Source: Deltaproteobacteria bacterium
GTDB lineage: Bacteria; Desulfobacterota; Desulfobulbia; Desulfobulbales; Desulfobulbaceae
Reading direction: 5' to 3'
Length of the DNA: 54,893 bases
Assembly: GCA_013151365.1 (NCBI GenBank)
Contig: JAADIK010000153.1
Coordinates: 1 to 54,893 of the forward strand
Shown: piece by piece, positions 1 to 8,373 of the stretch
How the letters are laid out: every line of letters starts with the position of its first letter
Position numbering within the stretch: the first letter of the stretch is position 1
Program-made: the position numbers and the translations under genes
The notes under the pieces: generated by a model
What the model saw: only the letters and a program-made list of their open reading frames with translations
Databases searched by the model: none
What the model was told of the DNA's origin: nothing

Positions 1-79
1 CGGATAAACAGTTCCGGAACGAGGTTATGACAGTTTTTCGTTTATCCCTGAACAGTTATGAAGGGGGGATGGGCACTCT

Positions 80-310
80 CTAACACCCATGTTTAACGAG
101 GAAATCATGGACGACCTCCCGCATGATATCAGGCTGATCACGGCCGGTCTCGTTGACGATAATCCAGACACAGCGCTGGAAGGCCCGGTAAAGGTCATCG
201 GGCACGAACAATTTCAGCTCGGTCAATTCAGGAACCGGCTGAACCGGTTCATCACTTTCGTGCCGCCGCCGGCTCATCACCGGCCCCGCCGGTCGTCCTG
301 TTCGCGGCAA
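80..310 (-). CDS. small hypothetical protein, possible ribbon-helix-helix fold
   Basis: 76-aa ORF overlapping the hisA 3' end by 34 nt. The strand-like segment LKLFVPDDLYRAF is followed by a helical stretch. No family recognised. Met12 is an alternative start. Confidence 0.3.
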   Translation of the reverse strand: MPRTGRPAGPVMSRRRHESDEPVQPVPELTELKLFVPDDLYRAFQRCVWIIVNETGRDQPDIMREVVHDFLVKHGC

Positions 311-1056
311 AAGGCAACCACGTCCCGGTAGGCCAGGGTCCCGCCAAAAAAATCAAGGGCGCTGCCTACCGTTGCATCAAGGCGTTCCTGACCGGCGTCC
401 CGGACCAATTCCAGATCGGCCATGGTCGCCACGCCGCCGGCATAGGTCGTCGGGATGGTCGCATGGTCGGCCAGCAGCCGGATAAGACGCTCATCCACTC
501 CCATGCGCTTGCCTTCCACGTCAACGGCATGTATCAGGAATTCATCGCAGAAGCCGGCCAGCCAGGCCAGGACCTCCCCGGAAATACGGAGCCGGGTAAA
601 CTTCTGCCAACGATCGGTAACCACGTAATAACCGTCATCGCGCCAGCGACAGCTCAAGTCCAGGACCAGATGCCGCCGGCCGATCAGATCGCGCAGACGG
701 CGCAGGCGCTCTTCATTGAGCCGGCCGTCATGAAAGACATGAGAGGTCACAATCACATGCGAAGCGCCCTGCTCCAGCCACCATGGAGCATTGTCGGCCG
801 TAATGCCGCCGCCGACCTGCATGCCGCCGGGCCAGGCCTGCAACGCCTCTACGGCAGCCGCCTCATTCCCCGGGCCGAGCATAATCACATGACCGCCGAC
901 CAGTTGATCCCGCCGGTAGGCTTGGACATAATGAGAGGGCGGGGCCTCGGAAGAAAAATTGGTCTGCAGGGTCCCGGACTGGTCATCCCGGAGAGTTGAA
1001 CCGACGATCTGCTTGACTCGTCCATCGTGCAGATCAATGCAGGGACGAAAATGCAT
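277..1056 (-). CDS. hisA: HisA/His6-type phosphoribosylformimino-AICAR-ribotide isomerase
   Basis: 259 aa. It carries FRPCIDLHDGRVKQIVG at the N-terminus, VGGGI, and YAGGV...GSALDFFGG, which are typical of TIM-barrel HisA (His6 subtype). Confidence 0.85.
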   Translation of the reverse strand: MHFRPCIDLHDGRVKQIVGSTLRDDQSGTLQTNFSSEAPPSHYVQAYRRDQLVGGHVIMLGPGNEAAAVEALQAWPGGMQVGGGITADNAPWWLEQGASHVIVTSHVFHDGRLNEERLRRLRDLIGRRHLVLDLSCRWRDDGYYVVTDRWQKFTRLRISGEVLAWLAGFCDEFLIHAVDVEGKRMGVDERLIRLLADHATIPTTYAGGVATMADLELVRDAGQERLDATVGSALDFFGGTLAYRDVVAFCREQDDRRGR

Positions 1057-1077
1057 AGAAGTCTTCCAGTTTGAAAT

Positions 1078-1773
1078 TCAGCTCCGCTTGATCATCATGG
1101 TGGAAGGGTCAAGATCAAGACAGACACCGGAACCATTCGCCCGGCCGTTATTCCGGACAATATCGAGCCGGATATTGCTGCCTTCGGGCTTGAGCAGAAT
1201 CACCGTATCAAAAAGATCGTCTACCTCATGGCAGGGCGCCGGCACACCGGATGCTGATTTTCTCGTGTCATCACGATGAGTGACGGCCGAGAACCAGAGC
1301 TGCATACTCATCATATTTGCCAGATCCTTGAGATCGGCCAGACTCTCACGATTGACCGACTCAAAATCAAAGCCGTCGACCACCAGGCAATTCGGCGTAA
1401 AAATATTCTGCATAATCAAATCATTGAGCCGCTCTTCCAGTTTTGCCCGGCTGAAGATCGATTCCTTGAAGGTCATGATCATCCGGTGATGCTGCACCAT
1501 TTCAATCAACTCGTGCGGCTGCGAGACACTGTACTCCTGCAGAATACTGCGCAGAATATCATCATACCGGCACCTGGTCTTGTCAATGGATTCTCCGATA
1601 CTGACGTGAATAACCCGGTTGCCCCGGAGAATCGAATCCAGGGCGATCTGGACCAGCAACGCCGTCTTGCCAAGGCCGGGCCGGGCCATCACCAGGCCCA
1701 TCTCTCTGGCATTCTCCGTCCCAATCTTCAAAACCCTGAGCGGATTCTGCTTTACCAGCGGCTCATATCCCAT
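1078..1773 (-). CDS. KaiC/RecA-superfamily ATPase domain protein
   Basis: 231 aa with Walker A ARPGLGKT and a Walker B-like CLVVDGFD. Single-domain KaiC/DnaB-like architecture, 21 nt upstream of hisA on the same strand. Confidence 0.7.
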   Translation of the reverse strand: MGYEPLVKQNPLRVLKIGTENAREMGLVMARPGLGKTALLVQIALDSILRGNRVIHVSIGESIDKTRCRYDDILRSILQEYSVSQPHELIEMVQHHRMIMTFKESIFSRAKLEERLNDLIMQNIFTPNCLVVDGFDFESVNRESLADLKDLANMMSMQLWFSAVTHRDDTRKSASGVPAPCHEVDDLFDTVILLKPEGSNIRLDIVRNNGRANGSGVCLDLDPSTMMIKRS

Positions 1774-1832
1774 TGTTCCACTCCATCCAAATAATTCATA
1801 TATTACATGTTAGCTCTATGGCGGACCACAGT

Positions 1833-3917
1833 CTATTTATTTTTCTTTTCTTCTTCAAAGGCCTTGATCAACTCGTCGGCCACACTCTTGGGCACCTTCT
1901 TGTAGGTGGACAGCTCCATGGTAAACTCGGCCTTGCCCTGGGTGAGGGAACGCAGCGTGGTTGAGTAGCCGAACATCTCGGCCAGCGGCATCTCCGCTTC
2001 AACAACCGTATAGTTTCCTTCTTCAAAGGTCCCGACAATCACGCCGCGACGCTGGTTCAGACTACCCATGACCGCACCCTGAAACTCGGACGGCCCTTCC
2101 ACGGCAACCTTCATGATCGGCTCCATGATCACCGGCCCGGCTTTCGCATACCCCTCGTTGAATGCGCCGATAGCGGCGAGCTGGAAGGCCACATCGGAAG
2201 AGTCCACCGCGTGGGAACTACCGTCATTGATAACGACCCGGATGCCGGTAATCGGCGAGCCGGTCAGCTTGCCCTTTTGCAGGCATTTCCGGAAACCCTT
2301 GTCACAGGAAGGAATGAACTCGCGGGGAATGACACCGCCGACAATCTTGTCCTCAAATTCATACTCTCCCTCTTCCAGCGGCTCCAGGTAACCGCCGACC
2401 CGGCCGAACTGCCCCGAACCACCGGTCTGTTTTTTATGGGTGTAGTTGAATTCAGCCCGTTTCGTAACGGTCTCGCGGTAGGCGACCCGCGGAGCCCCAA
2501 CCTCCACCTCGGCATTGTACTCCCGCTTCATGCGCTCGATATACACCTCAAGATGCAGCTCTCCCATCCCGGAGATGATCGTTTCGTTGGTCTCGTGATC
2601 CACGAAACTCTTGAAGGTCGGGTCCTCCTTGCCGAACCGGTTCAGGGCCTTGGATACATTGGCCTGGGTCTTGTTGTCTTTCGGCTTGATGGCCAGGGAG
2701 ATAACCGGGGCCGGCACATGCATGGAGCTCATGGACCAGTTAATTCCGGACCCGCAGAAGGTGTCGCCGGAGGCACAGTCAACGCCGAACAGGGCGAGGA
2801 TATCACCGGAGCCCGCCTCTTCGATTTCCTCCATCTCGTCGGCGTGCATCCGGACCAGGCGACCGATTTTCACCTTTTTACCGGTACGCGAATTGATAAT
2901 GGTGTCACCCTTTTTCAACGTCCCCTGATAGGTGCGGATATAGGTAAGCTGACCGTAGCGCCCATCTTCCAGCTTGAAGGCCAGGGCCACCAGGGGGTCA
3001 TCGGCATCATTGGAAACCTGCACTTCTTTTTCATTATCATCCAGGTCCAGGGCCGTATTTTCAACATCGGTCGGACAGGGGAGATAGGCGTTCACGGCAT
3101 CCAGCAGCGGCTGAATGCCCTTGTTCTTGTAGGCGGAACCGATAATGACCGGGGCCAGCTCCAGGCTCAGCGTCCCACGGCGAATGGCCTCGCGGACCAG
3201 CTCCTCGCTCGGAGTCTGTTCCTCGATAATAACCTCCATCAGCTCATCGGAAAACATGGATACGGCATCCAGCAATTCCTCCCGCTTCTCATCGACCTCG
3301 GCCTGCATGTGTGCCGGGATTTCTTCCAGACGGATCGTCTCTCCCTGGTCGCCGTCAAAATACACCGCCTTCATGGAAACCAGGTCAATCACGCCTTCCA
3401 GATCATTCTCGAGGCCGATGGGCAACTGCAACATCACCGCGTTGAGTCCCAACTTGTCACGGATCTGCTGGGTTACCCGGTACGGATTAGCCCCGGTACG
3501 GTCACACTTGTTGATAAAGGCAATCCGCGGAACCTTGTAACGACTCATCTGCCGGTTCACGGTAATGCTCTGGGACTGCACGCCGCCAACGGAGCAGAGA
3601 ATGAGTACGGCGCCATCGAGAACCCGCAGGGCCCGCTCTACCTCAATGGTGAAATCGACATGGCCGGGGGTATCGATGATATTGATATCATGGCCCTGCC
3701 AATTGCAGTAGGTAGCCGCCGACTGAATGGTGATACCGCGTTCCTTCTCCAGCGCCATGGAATCCATGGTCGCACCGACACCATCCTTGCCGCGAACCTC
3801 ATGGATGGCATGAATGCGCTGGGTATAAAACAGGATACGCTCGGTAAGCGTTGTCTTGCCCGAATCGATATGGGCGCTGATGCCGATATTTCGTACTTTT
3901 GTCAGATCTTTTCTCAT
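1833..3917 (-). CDS. fusA: translation elongation factor G (standalone paralog)
   Basis: The N-terminus [24 protein letters not shown] has the G1 motif, followed by DTPGHVDF and NKCD. I place the start at ATG 3917 (GAGGA RBS upstream) rather than the ORF-track start at 4085, which runs into tRNA-Phe. Confidence 0.93.
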   Translation of the reverse strand: MRKDLTKVRNIGISAHIDSGKTTLTERILFYTQRIHAIHEVRGKDGVGATMDSMALEKERGITIQSAATYCNWQGHDINIIDTPGHVDFTIEVERALRVLDGAVLILCSVGGVQSQSITVNRQMSRYKVPRIAFINKCDRTGANPYRVTQQIRDKLGLNAVMLQLPIGLENDLEGVIDLVSMKAVYFDGDQGETIRLEEIPAHMQAEVDEKREELLDAVSMFSDELMEVIIEEQTPSEELVREAIRRGTLSLELAPVIIGSAYKNKGIQPLLDAVNAYLPCPTDVENTALDLDDNEKEVQVSNDADDPLVALAFKLEDGRYGQLTYIRTYQGTLKKGDTIINSRTGKKVKIGRLVRMHADEMEEIEEAGSGDILALFGVDCASGDTFCGSGINWSMSSMHVPAPVISLAIKPKDNKTQANVSKALNRFGKEDPTFKSFVDHETNETIISGMGELHLEVYIERMKREYNAEVEVGAPRVAYRETVTKRAEFNYTHKKQTGGSGQFGRVGGYLEPLEEGEYEFEDKIVGGVIPREFIPSCDKGFRKCLQKGKLTGSPITGIRVVINDGSSHAVDSSDVAFQLAAIGAFNEGYAKAGPVIMEPIMKVAVEGPSEFQGAVMGSLNQRRGVIVGTFEEGNYTVVEAEMPLAEMFGYSTTLRSLTQGKAEFTMELSTYKKVPKSVADELIKAFEEEKKNK

Positions 3918-3989
3918 CACGCGTTCCTCAGTTACTTCGTGCCGGATTATTGCATTATCTCTTCCGGCTCCAGTTGTTCTTCCAGAGAA

Positions 3990-4036
3990 AAACAATAAAA
4001 TAAAAAAGGAGTTACAGGTGAGCTCTGCAACTCCTT
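3990..4036 (-). terminator. rho-independent terminator downstream of tRNA-Phe
   Basis: On the minus strand, AAGGAGTTGCAG / CTGTAACTCCTT form a 12-bp stem with 1 mismatch, followed by TTTTTTATTTTATT. Confidence 0.55.
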
Positions 4037-4050
4037 CAATGCATTTTCTA

Positions 4051-4126
<76 letters not shown>

Positions 4127-4360
4127 ACCCGAGCTTAAAGCTGTTGTATAGCCTAATTCAGATTATCCAGTCAAGAAATATTTACCTGTCCCATTCTTGC
4201 CTTTTGCCGCCATTCTATTTAGCCGGACAAGAGGCAGGGAAACAGCCCATCTCCCGCAGATATCATCAAGTGCAAAGTTTTCTTTTTTAACAGGAAAAAA
4301 AAACCATGTCAAGTGCAACCACCACCTATCTCCGGATATTTTATCCCGGCACCGCAACTC

Positions 4361-4473
4361 CTCGCCGGCCGGCGCGGTAAAGACCGGAGAATGCGCTTAT
4401 TCGTCAACAATACAATAAATTATTCCAAATATTGCATGAAATCATCAGCAACCGTCAACCGTCACGGATTCAA
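4361..4473 (-). repeat. family-1 element, truncated copy G (AT-rich half plus terminus)
   Basis: Matches the consensus from GGCGCGGTAAAGACC to GTCACGGATTCAAC. Its terminus supplies the last codons and the stop of the 4462..5499 gene. Confidence 0.7.
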
Positions 4474-5499
4474 CAACTCATCCCTGGCAAAGGCCACCAT
4501 CGCCGGATTTTCCGGCGGTGTCAGCTTCTCCATGCCCTCTTTCCGGCTCAACTCGCCGGTGCGGACCATATTGGCAATCTCCCAGACATAAGGATGGAAA
4601 CCATAGCGCTTCCTATGGATTTGGTTCGCATAGGCATTGAGAGTACAATTCGAAGAGTTCGGATCGGTGTCATCGGGGTGTTCCCAGCCAAGTTTGCCGA
4701 TACGTTCAACGATTTTATCTTCGTCATAATCGAGAAAGGCCAGCGGATGAATATTCCAGGGGAAGAATTCTTTACGCTCGAATTGTTTATCGGTAACAAA
4801 AAAAGGAAGAATCCGGTCGCCGCCGATCCGGTAAAGGGGTTTCATGGTAGCCTGCTGGGTATTTTTCATCAGGGCGGGATTGGTCCGCATAACGGACGAC
4901 TGAACCGGGGCCTGGCCGGGAGACCAGCCGAAACCGACAAAAGGAATCCGTTTTTCAATCGCGGTTCGCAGCACACTCCCCTTAACAAAACTGATACAAC
5001 TCGTACAGATCGTGCTCGCCCGTTCAAGGGTTTTGGCGGCATAAAGCTCGCGCACCGCCGCTGTCTTGAAAATGGTCCTGAGCATTTGCCGGCTTGGCCT
5101 GACGAGCAAATTATCAACTCCGAGGCTGTCGCAGACATTACTGATATTTTTAAAGGCCCGGGGAGAGACAAAGGTGTTATCCAGGGTCAGCGCCAACACC
5201 TTCAGCCGATATCGATTGACAAACACATCCAGGGTATAGGAGGAATCCTTGCCGCCGCTGTAGGCGACGATTACATCGTAGGCACCATTTCGTTCCCGCT
5301 CATCGAGAAGTTTCAGGAATTTTGTTTCATATTTCTTTTTCAGGGCGGCCCTGGCATCATCGCCCTTATAATGCCGGCAATGGTTGCAGACACCGTTTTC
5401 GTCAAAGGTAATGCCCGGAAATGTCGAAGGCAGCACACAATGAGAACAATACCGAAGTCGAGGTTGTTTTTCGTTCATCTCCTTCCTTTTCCGCACCAA
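4462..5499 (-). CDS. PP-loop ATPase, N-acetyl-sugar amidotransferase-like (WbpG/PseA-type)
   Basis: N-terminal zinc-ribbon CSHC...CNHC followed by the PP-loop SGGKDS. The last three codons and the stop (LNP*) lie in repeat copy G. Confidence 0.75.
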   Translation of the reverse strand: MVRKRKEMNEKQPRLRYCSHCVLPSTFPGITFDENGVCNHCRHYKGDDARAALKKKYETKFLKLLDERERNGAYDVIVAYSGGKDSSYTLDVFVNRYRLKVLALTLDNTFVSPRAFKNISNVCDSLGVDNLLVRPSRQMLRTIFKTAAVRELYAAKTLERASTICTSCISFVKGSVLRTAIEKRIPFVGFGWSPGQAPVQSSVMRTNPALMKNTQQATMKPLYRIGGDRILPFFVTDKQFERKEFFPWNIHPLAFLDYDEDKIVERIGKLGWEHPDDTDPNSSNCTLNAYANQIHRKRYGFHPYVWEIANMVRTGELSRKEGMEKLTPPENPAMVAFARDELLNP

Positions 5500-5501
5500 T
5501 G

Positions 5502-6401
5502 TTAAACCTGGGCCAGCAACACCCGGATGCTGCCGTTATGATCCAAGACTCTGCGGACCTGCCGGTAGTCGTATTTCTTCTTAAGCCGCCGCTCCATGGC
5601 CTTGCCCTGTCCCAGGCCGACTTCAAAGGCCAGCCAGCCGCCCGGCCGCAGAAAGACCGGCGCCTCGGTCAGCAGACGATGCAGGATCTTTACGCCAAAT
5701 GGCCCGCCATCAAAGGCCAGCCGGGGTTCATGAGCGGCAATTTCGTCAACCATCGTGCCGACTTTTGCAGTTGAGATATAAGGCGGATTACAGATCAGCA
5801 GGTGCACGTTACCATGAAATTCTTCCGCAGCAAAAGGGGCCAGCAAATCGCCTTCTCTCACCGTGACTTGATGTTCCAGGTGATGCAACTTTACATTCCG
5901 CCGGGCCAGGGCCACCGCTTCGCCTGATAAATCGGCGGCAAACACCCGGGCCCGCGGTTCATGCATGGCGATAGCGACAGCGAGATTGCCGGCCCCGGTG
6001 CAGACATCAATAATCCTTAAGTCAGCGTCTGTGGTGTCCGCCAGGAGCTCCAATGCGGCCCGGCCCAAAAGCTCGGTTTCCTGCCGGGGCACCAAAGCCT
6101 GCGGGCCGACCAGCATATCGACTCCCATAAATTGCTGCCAGCCGGTAATATGGGCCAAGGGGGTGCCACTCAAGCGTTGTGCGACCAGGCCAAGTAGGAC
6201 TTCGCCCTGGTCGGCGGTCAACTCCGGCACAGTCAAGGCCGCCACCGCCCCGGCTGACTTTGCGTCACCAGCGGCCTTGAACCACAGGGCCTTCAAGGTG
6301 GTCTCGGGGTTTTCTTCCGGTTTGTCCGGCAGCGTCTTTAATTCTTTCCGCAAGGCAACGAGAAGCCCGGCCCAGGTCTGATCCTTGTTCATACCCGCCA
6401 T
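5502..6401 (-). CDS. HemK/PrmC-family class I SAM-dependent methyltransferase
   Basis: SAM-binding motif IIDVCTGAGNLA and catalytic NPPY (ICNPPYIS). There is a 2-nt gap to the downstream gene and a 13-nt overlap with the upstream one. Confidence 0.75.
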   Translation of the reverse strand: MAGMNKDQTWAGLLVALRKELKTLPDKPEENPETTLKALWFKAAGDAKSAGAVAALTVPELTADQGEVLLGLVAQRLSGTPLAHITGWQQFMGVDMLVGPQALVPRQETELLGRAALELLADTTDADLRIIDVCTGAGNLAVAIAMHEPRARVFAADLSGEAVALARRNVKLHHLEHQVTVREGDLLAPFAAEEFHGNVHLLICNPPYISTAKVGTMVDEIAAHEPRLAFDGGPFGVKILHRLLTEAPVFLRPGGWLAFEVGLGQGKAMERRLKKKYDYRQVRRVLDHNGSIRVLLAQV

Positions 6402-7960
6402 GATTCAAGCAATCTTTTCTTGTCGATCTTGCCGTTGGGGCTCTGCGGCATTTCATCGACCAAGGTAACGTGTTGCGGAATCATAAAATTTTCAAGATTT
6501 GCCATACATATTTTCTTGATTTTTCTCTCGGTCAAACCGGCTGACTTTGCCACGACAACAAAGGCATGAATAGCCTGACCCAAGATTGCATCGGGAACAC
6601 CGATGACCACGGCCTCCCTGATTCCGCTGATGCCATGCAAAACATTCTCAATCTCGACAGGACTTACTTTTTCTCCACGGGTCTTGATGATGTCATCGCT
6701 GCGGCCGACAAAATATAAAAATCCGTCTTTATCATATTTGAACCAGTCATGGGTGCATAATATCCGCTCCCCGGGCAGATTCCCGGCCTTGAGCATTTGC
6801 CCTGACAACTCGGGCTGCCGCCAATAGCCCGCCATAATATGGGGGCCGCGGACATGCAGAATTCCGGGGGTCTCCGGCCCGACGGCTTCCCCTGCCGGAC
6901 TTAACAAGAATGTCTCGGTACCGGGAATAGCTTTTCCCACCGACCCCGGTTTACTGTCAAGCAATTCCGGTTCCAGGTACGAAACCCTTTTGCATTCCGT
7001 CAGGCCATACATTTTGAAGATCAGGGCATTGGGGAAAATTTTTTTCAAAAAAGGAATACATTCGACCGGCAGCACTGCCGCCGTGTTTGTAACCCTGGTA
7101 ACATCCGGGAAGGAGATAGCCTTCCTTTTATATGTTTCCAGAAGCATTGAAAAAATTGTCGGCACCCCCGGGAACACGGTCGCCCGTTGCTCGACCAATC
7201 GCTTGTAAACTACGGCCGGGAAGGTGAAAGAACGCTCAACTATTAAAGTTGCGCCCAACTTCATCGTCATGAGAAGCTGATAAAGACCATAGTCAAAGGC
7301 GAGGGGCAGAAAAAGCATAATTCTATCATCTTCCGACAGTCGCAGATATTCAATCAAACTCCAGGCCGCAAATACCATTGCCTGGTGGGTTTGCATCACC
7401 CCTTTAGGGTTGCCGGTACTGCCGGAGGTGTAGATGAGCGCGGCCAGATCATTGGGAATCGCAAAAACCGGCTCTTTCAAGGGCGGGGTGTATGCCAGGA
7501 TGTCGGCCAGGGCCTCGACCCCCGCGGCAATCTCCTGTTCGGCCCGAGCAATATCTCCGGCAACAAAGACGGTCCGGACCGAAGGCGCCTGGTTTACGGC
7601 AGGAATGAAGATATTTCCCAGATGGCTATCACTGATTAAAATGGCCGCTTCGCTGTCTTCCAGGATAAATCTCAGTTTTTCCTGTTTGGTCTGGGGATTA
7701 ATCAGCAGAAAAACGGCCCCGGCCAACAACGTCCCATACGTGGACAGCACGCAGGGCCAGGAATTATCCATGTAGATGGCGACCCGGTCGCCGCGCCGCA
7801 CCCCGTGATCGACAAGCGCTGCGGCAACCCGTAAGGCCCCGTCTGCCAGCTGTCCATAGGTGAAAGACTCACCCTGAATAACAAGCGCCGTTTTTTCCGG
7901 GTGCAGGGCGGCATTTGCCAGCATCCCTTCACGTAAAAGACGCTGCGGTTTTTTTATCAT
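6389..7960 (-). CDS. AMP-dependent synthetase/ligase (acyl-CoA or acyl-carrier-protein ligase)
   Basis: 523 aa with the AMP-binding motif IYTSGSTGNPKGV and a C-terminal GEKV...PNGKIDKK adenylate-forming signature. Confidence 0.85.
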   Translation of the reverse strand: MIKKPQRLLREGMLANAALHPEKTALVIQGESFTYGQLADGALRVAAALVDHGVRRGDRVAIYMDNSWPCVLSTYGTLLAGAVFLLINPQTKQEKLRFILEDSEAAILISDSHLGNIFIPAVNQAPSVRTVFVAGDIARAEQEIAAGVEALADILAYTPPLKEPVFAIPNDLAALIYTSGSTGNPKGVMQTHQAMVFAAWSLIEYLRLSEDDRIMLFLPLAFDYGLYQLLMTMKLGATLIVERSFTFPAVVYKRLVEQRATVFPGVPTIFSMLLETYKRKAISFPDVTRVTNTAAVLPVECIPFLKKIFPNALIFKMYGLTECKRVSYLEPELLDSKPGSVGKAIPGTETFLLSPAGEAVGPETPGILHVRGPHIMAGYWRQPELSGQMLKAGNLPGERILCTHDWFKYDKDGFLYFVGRSDDIIKTRGEKVSPVEIENVLHGISGIREAVVIGVPDAILGQAIHAFVVVAKSAGLTERKIKKICMANLENFMIPQHVTLVDEMPQSPNGKIDKKRLLESWRV

Positions 7961-8004
7961 CGTTTTTTCATCCCGGCTTCAGGGCGCGAATTCCCAGGAC
8001 CTGT

Positions 8005-8283
8005 TTATTTACCCTCCCCGGAGGAGATATATTCTTTCTTCCTTGCAACAAAAGCGGCCAGCTGGTTGACGCTATCAAGATTCTCCGGGACCAACTCTTC
8101 ATCTTCTACCGGGATGCCGAATTCATCTTCGAGCCATTCGACCAGTTCCAGCACGCCGGTAGAATCAATAATTCCTTTATCCAAAAATGAATCATCATTT
8201 TGCAAACCATCATCATCCGCGTCAAAAAGAAAATTCTCAAAAATGAAGGCCCTGATGGCGTCAACAGTTGTGGACATATTCAC
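8005..8283 (-). CDS. acyl/peptidyl carrier protein
   Basis: 92 aa, acidic, with the phosphopantetheine attachment motif GIIDSTGVLELV. Confidence 0.8.
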   Translation of the reverse strand: MNMSTTVDAIRAFIFENFLFDADDDGLQNDDSFLDKGIIDSTGVLELVEWLEDEFGIPVEDEELVPENLDSVNQLAAFVARKKEYISSGEGK

Positions 8284-8373
8284 CTCTACTTTTTAAATAC
8301 TCAGGCATTCCGGGTGCGCTCAAAAACAAGTCCGCTGGATCGGCAGGCTTCCGTAGTTGCACAGTCATCCACC

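Noticed and set aside
2211-3998. Long ORFs antisense to recognised genes. Examples are 2211..3998(+), 13820..15310(-), 18344..19900(-), 24490..25419(+), 28204..29301(-), 37065..38339(+), 38580..39548(+), 45785..46666(-) and 48961..50547(+).
   Set aside because: Each lies opposite a gene with strong family motifs (EF-G, ZnuA/SLOG, ABC, TatC, GlcD, HD-GYP, EmrB, SDR, GroEL). Their translations are low-complexity and rich in Gly, Arg, Pro, Asp and Gln, with no motifs. These are typical shadow ORFs of GC-rich coding DNA.
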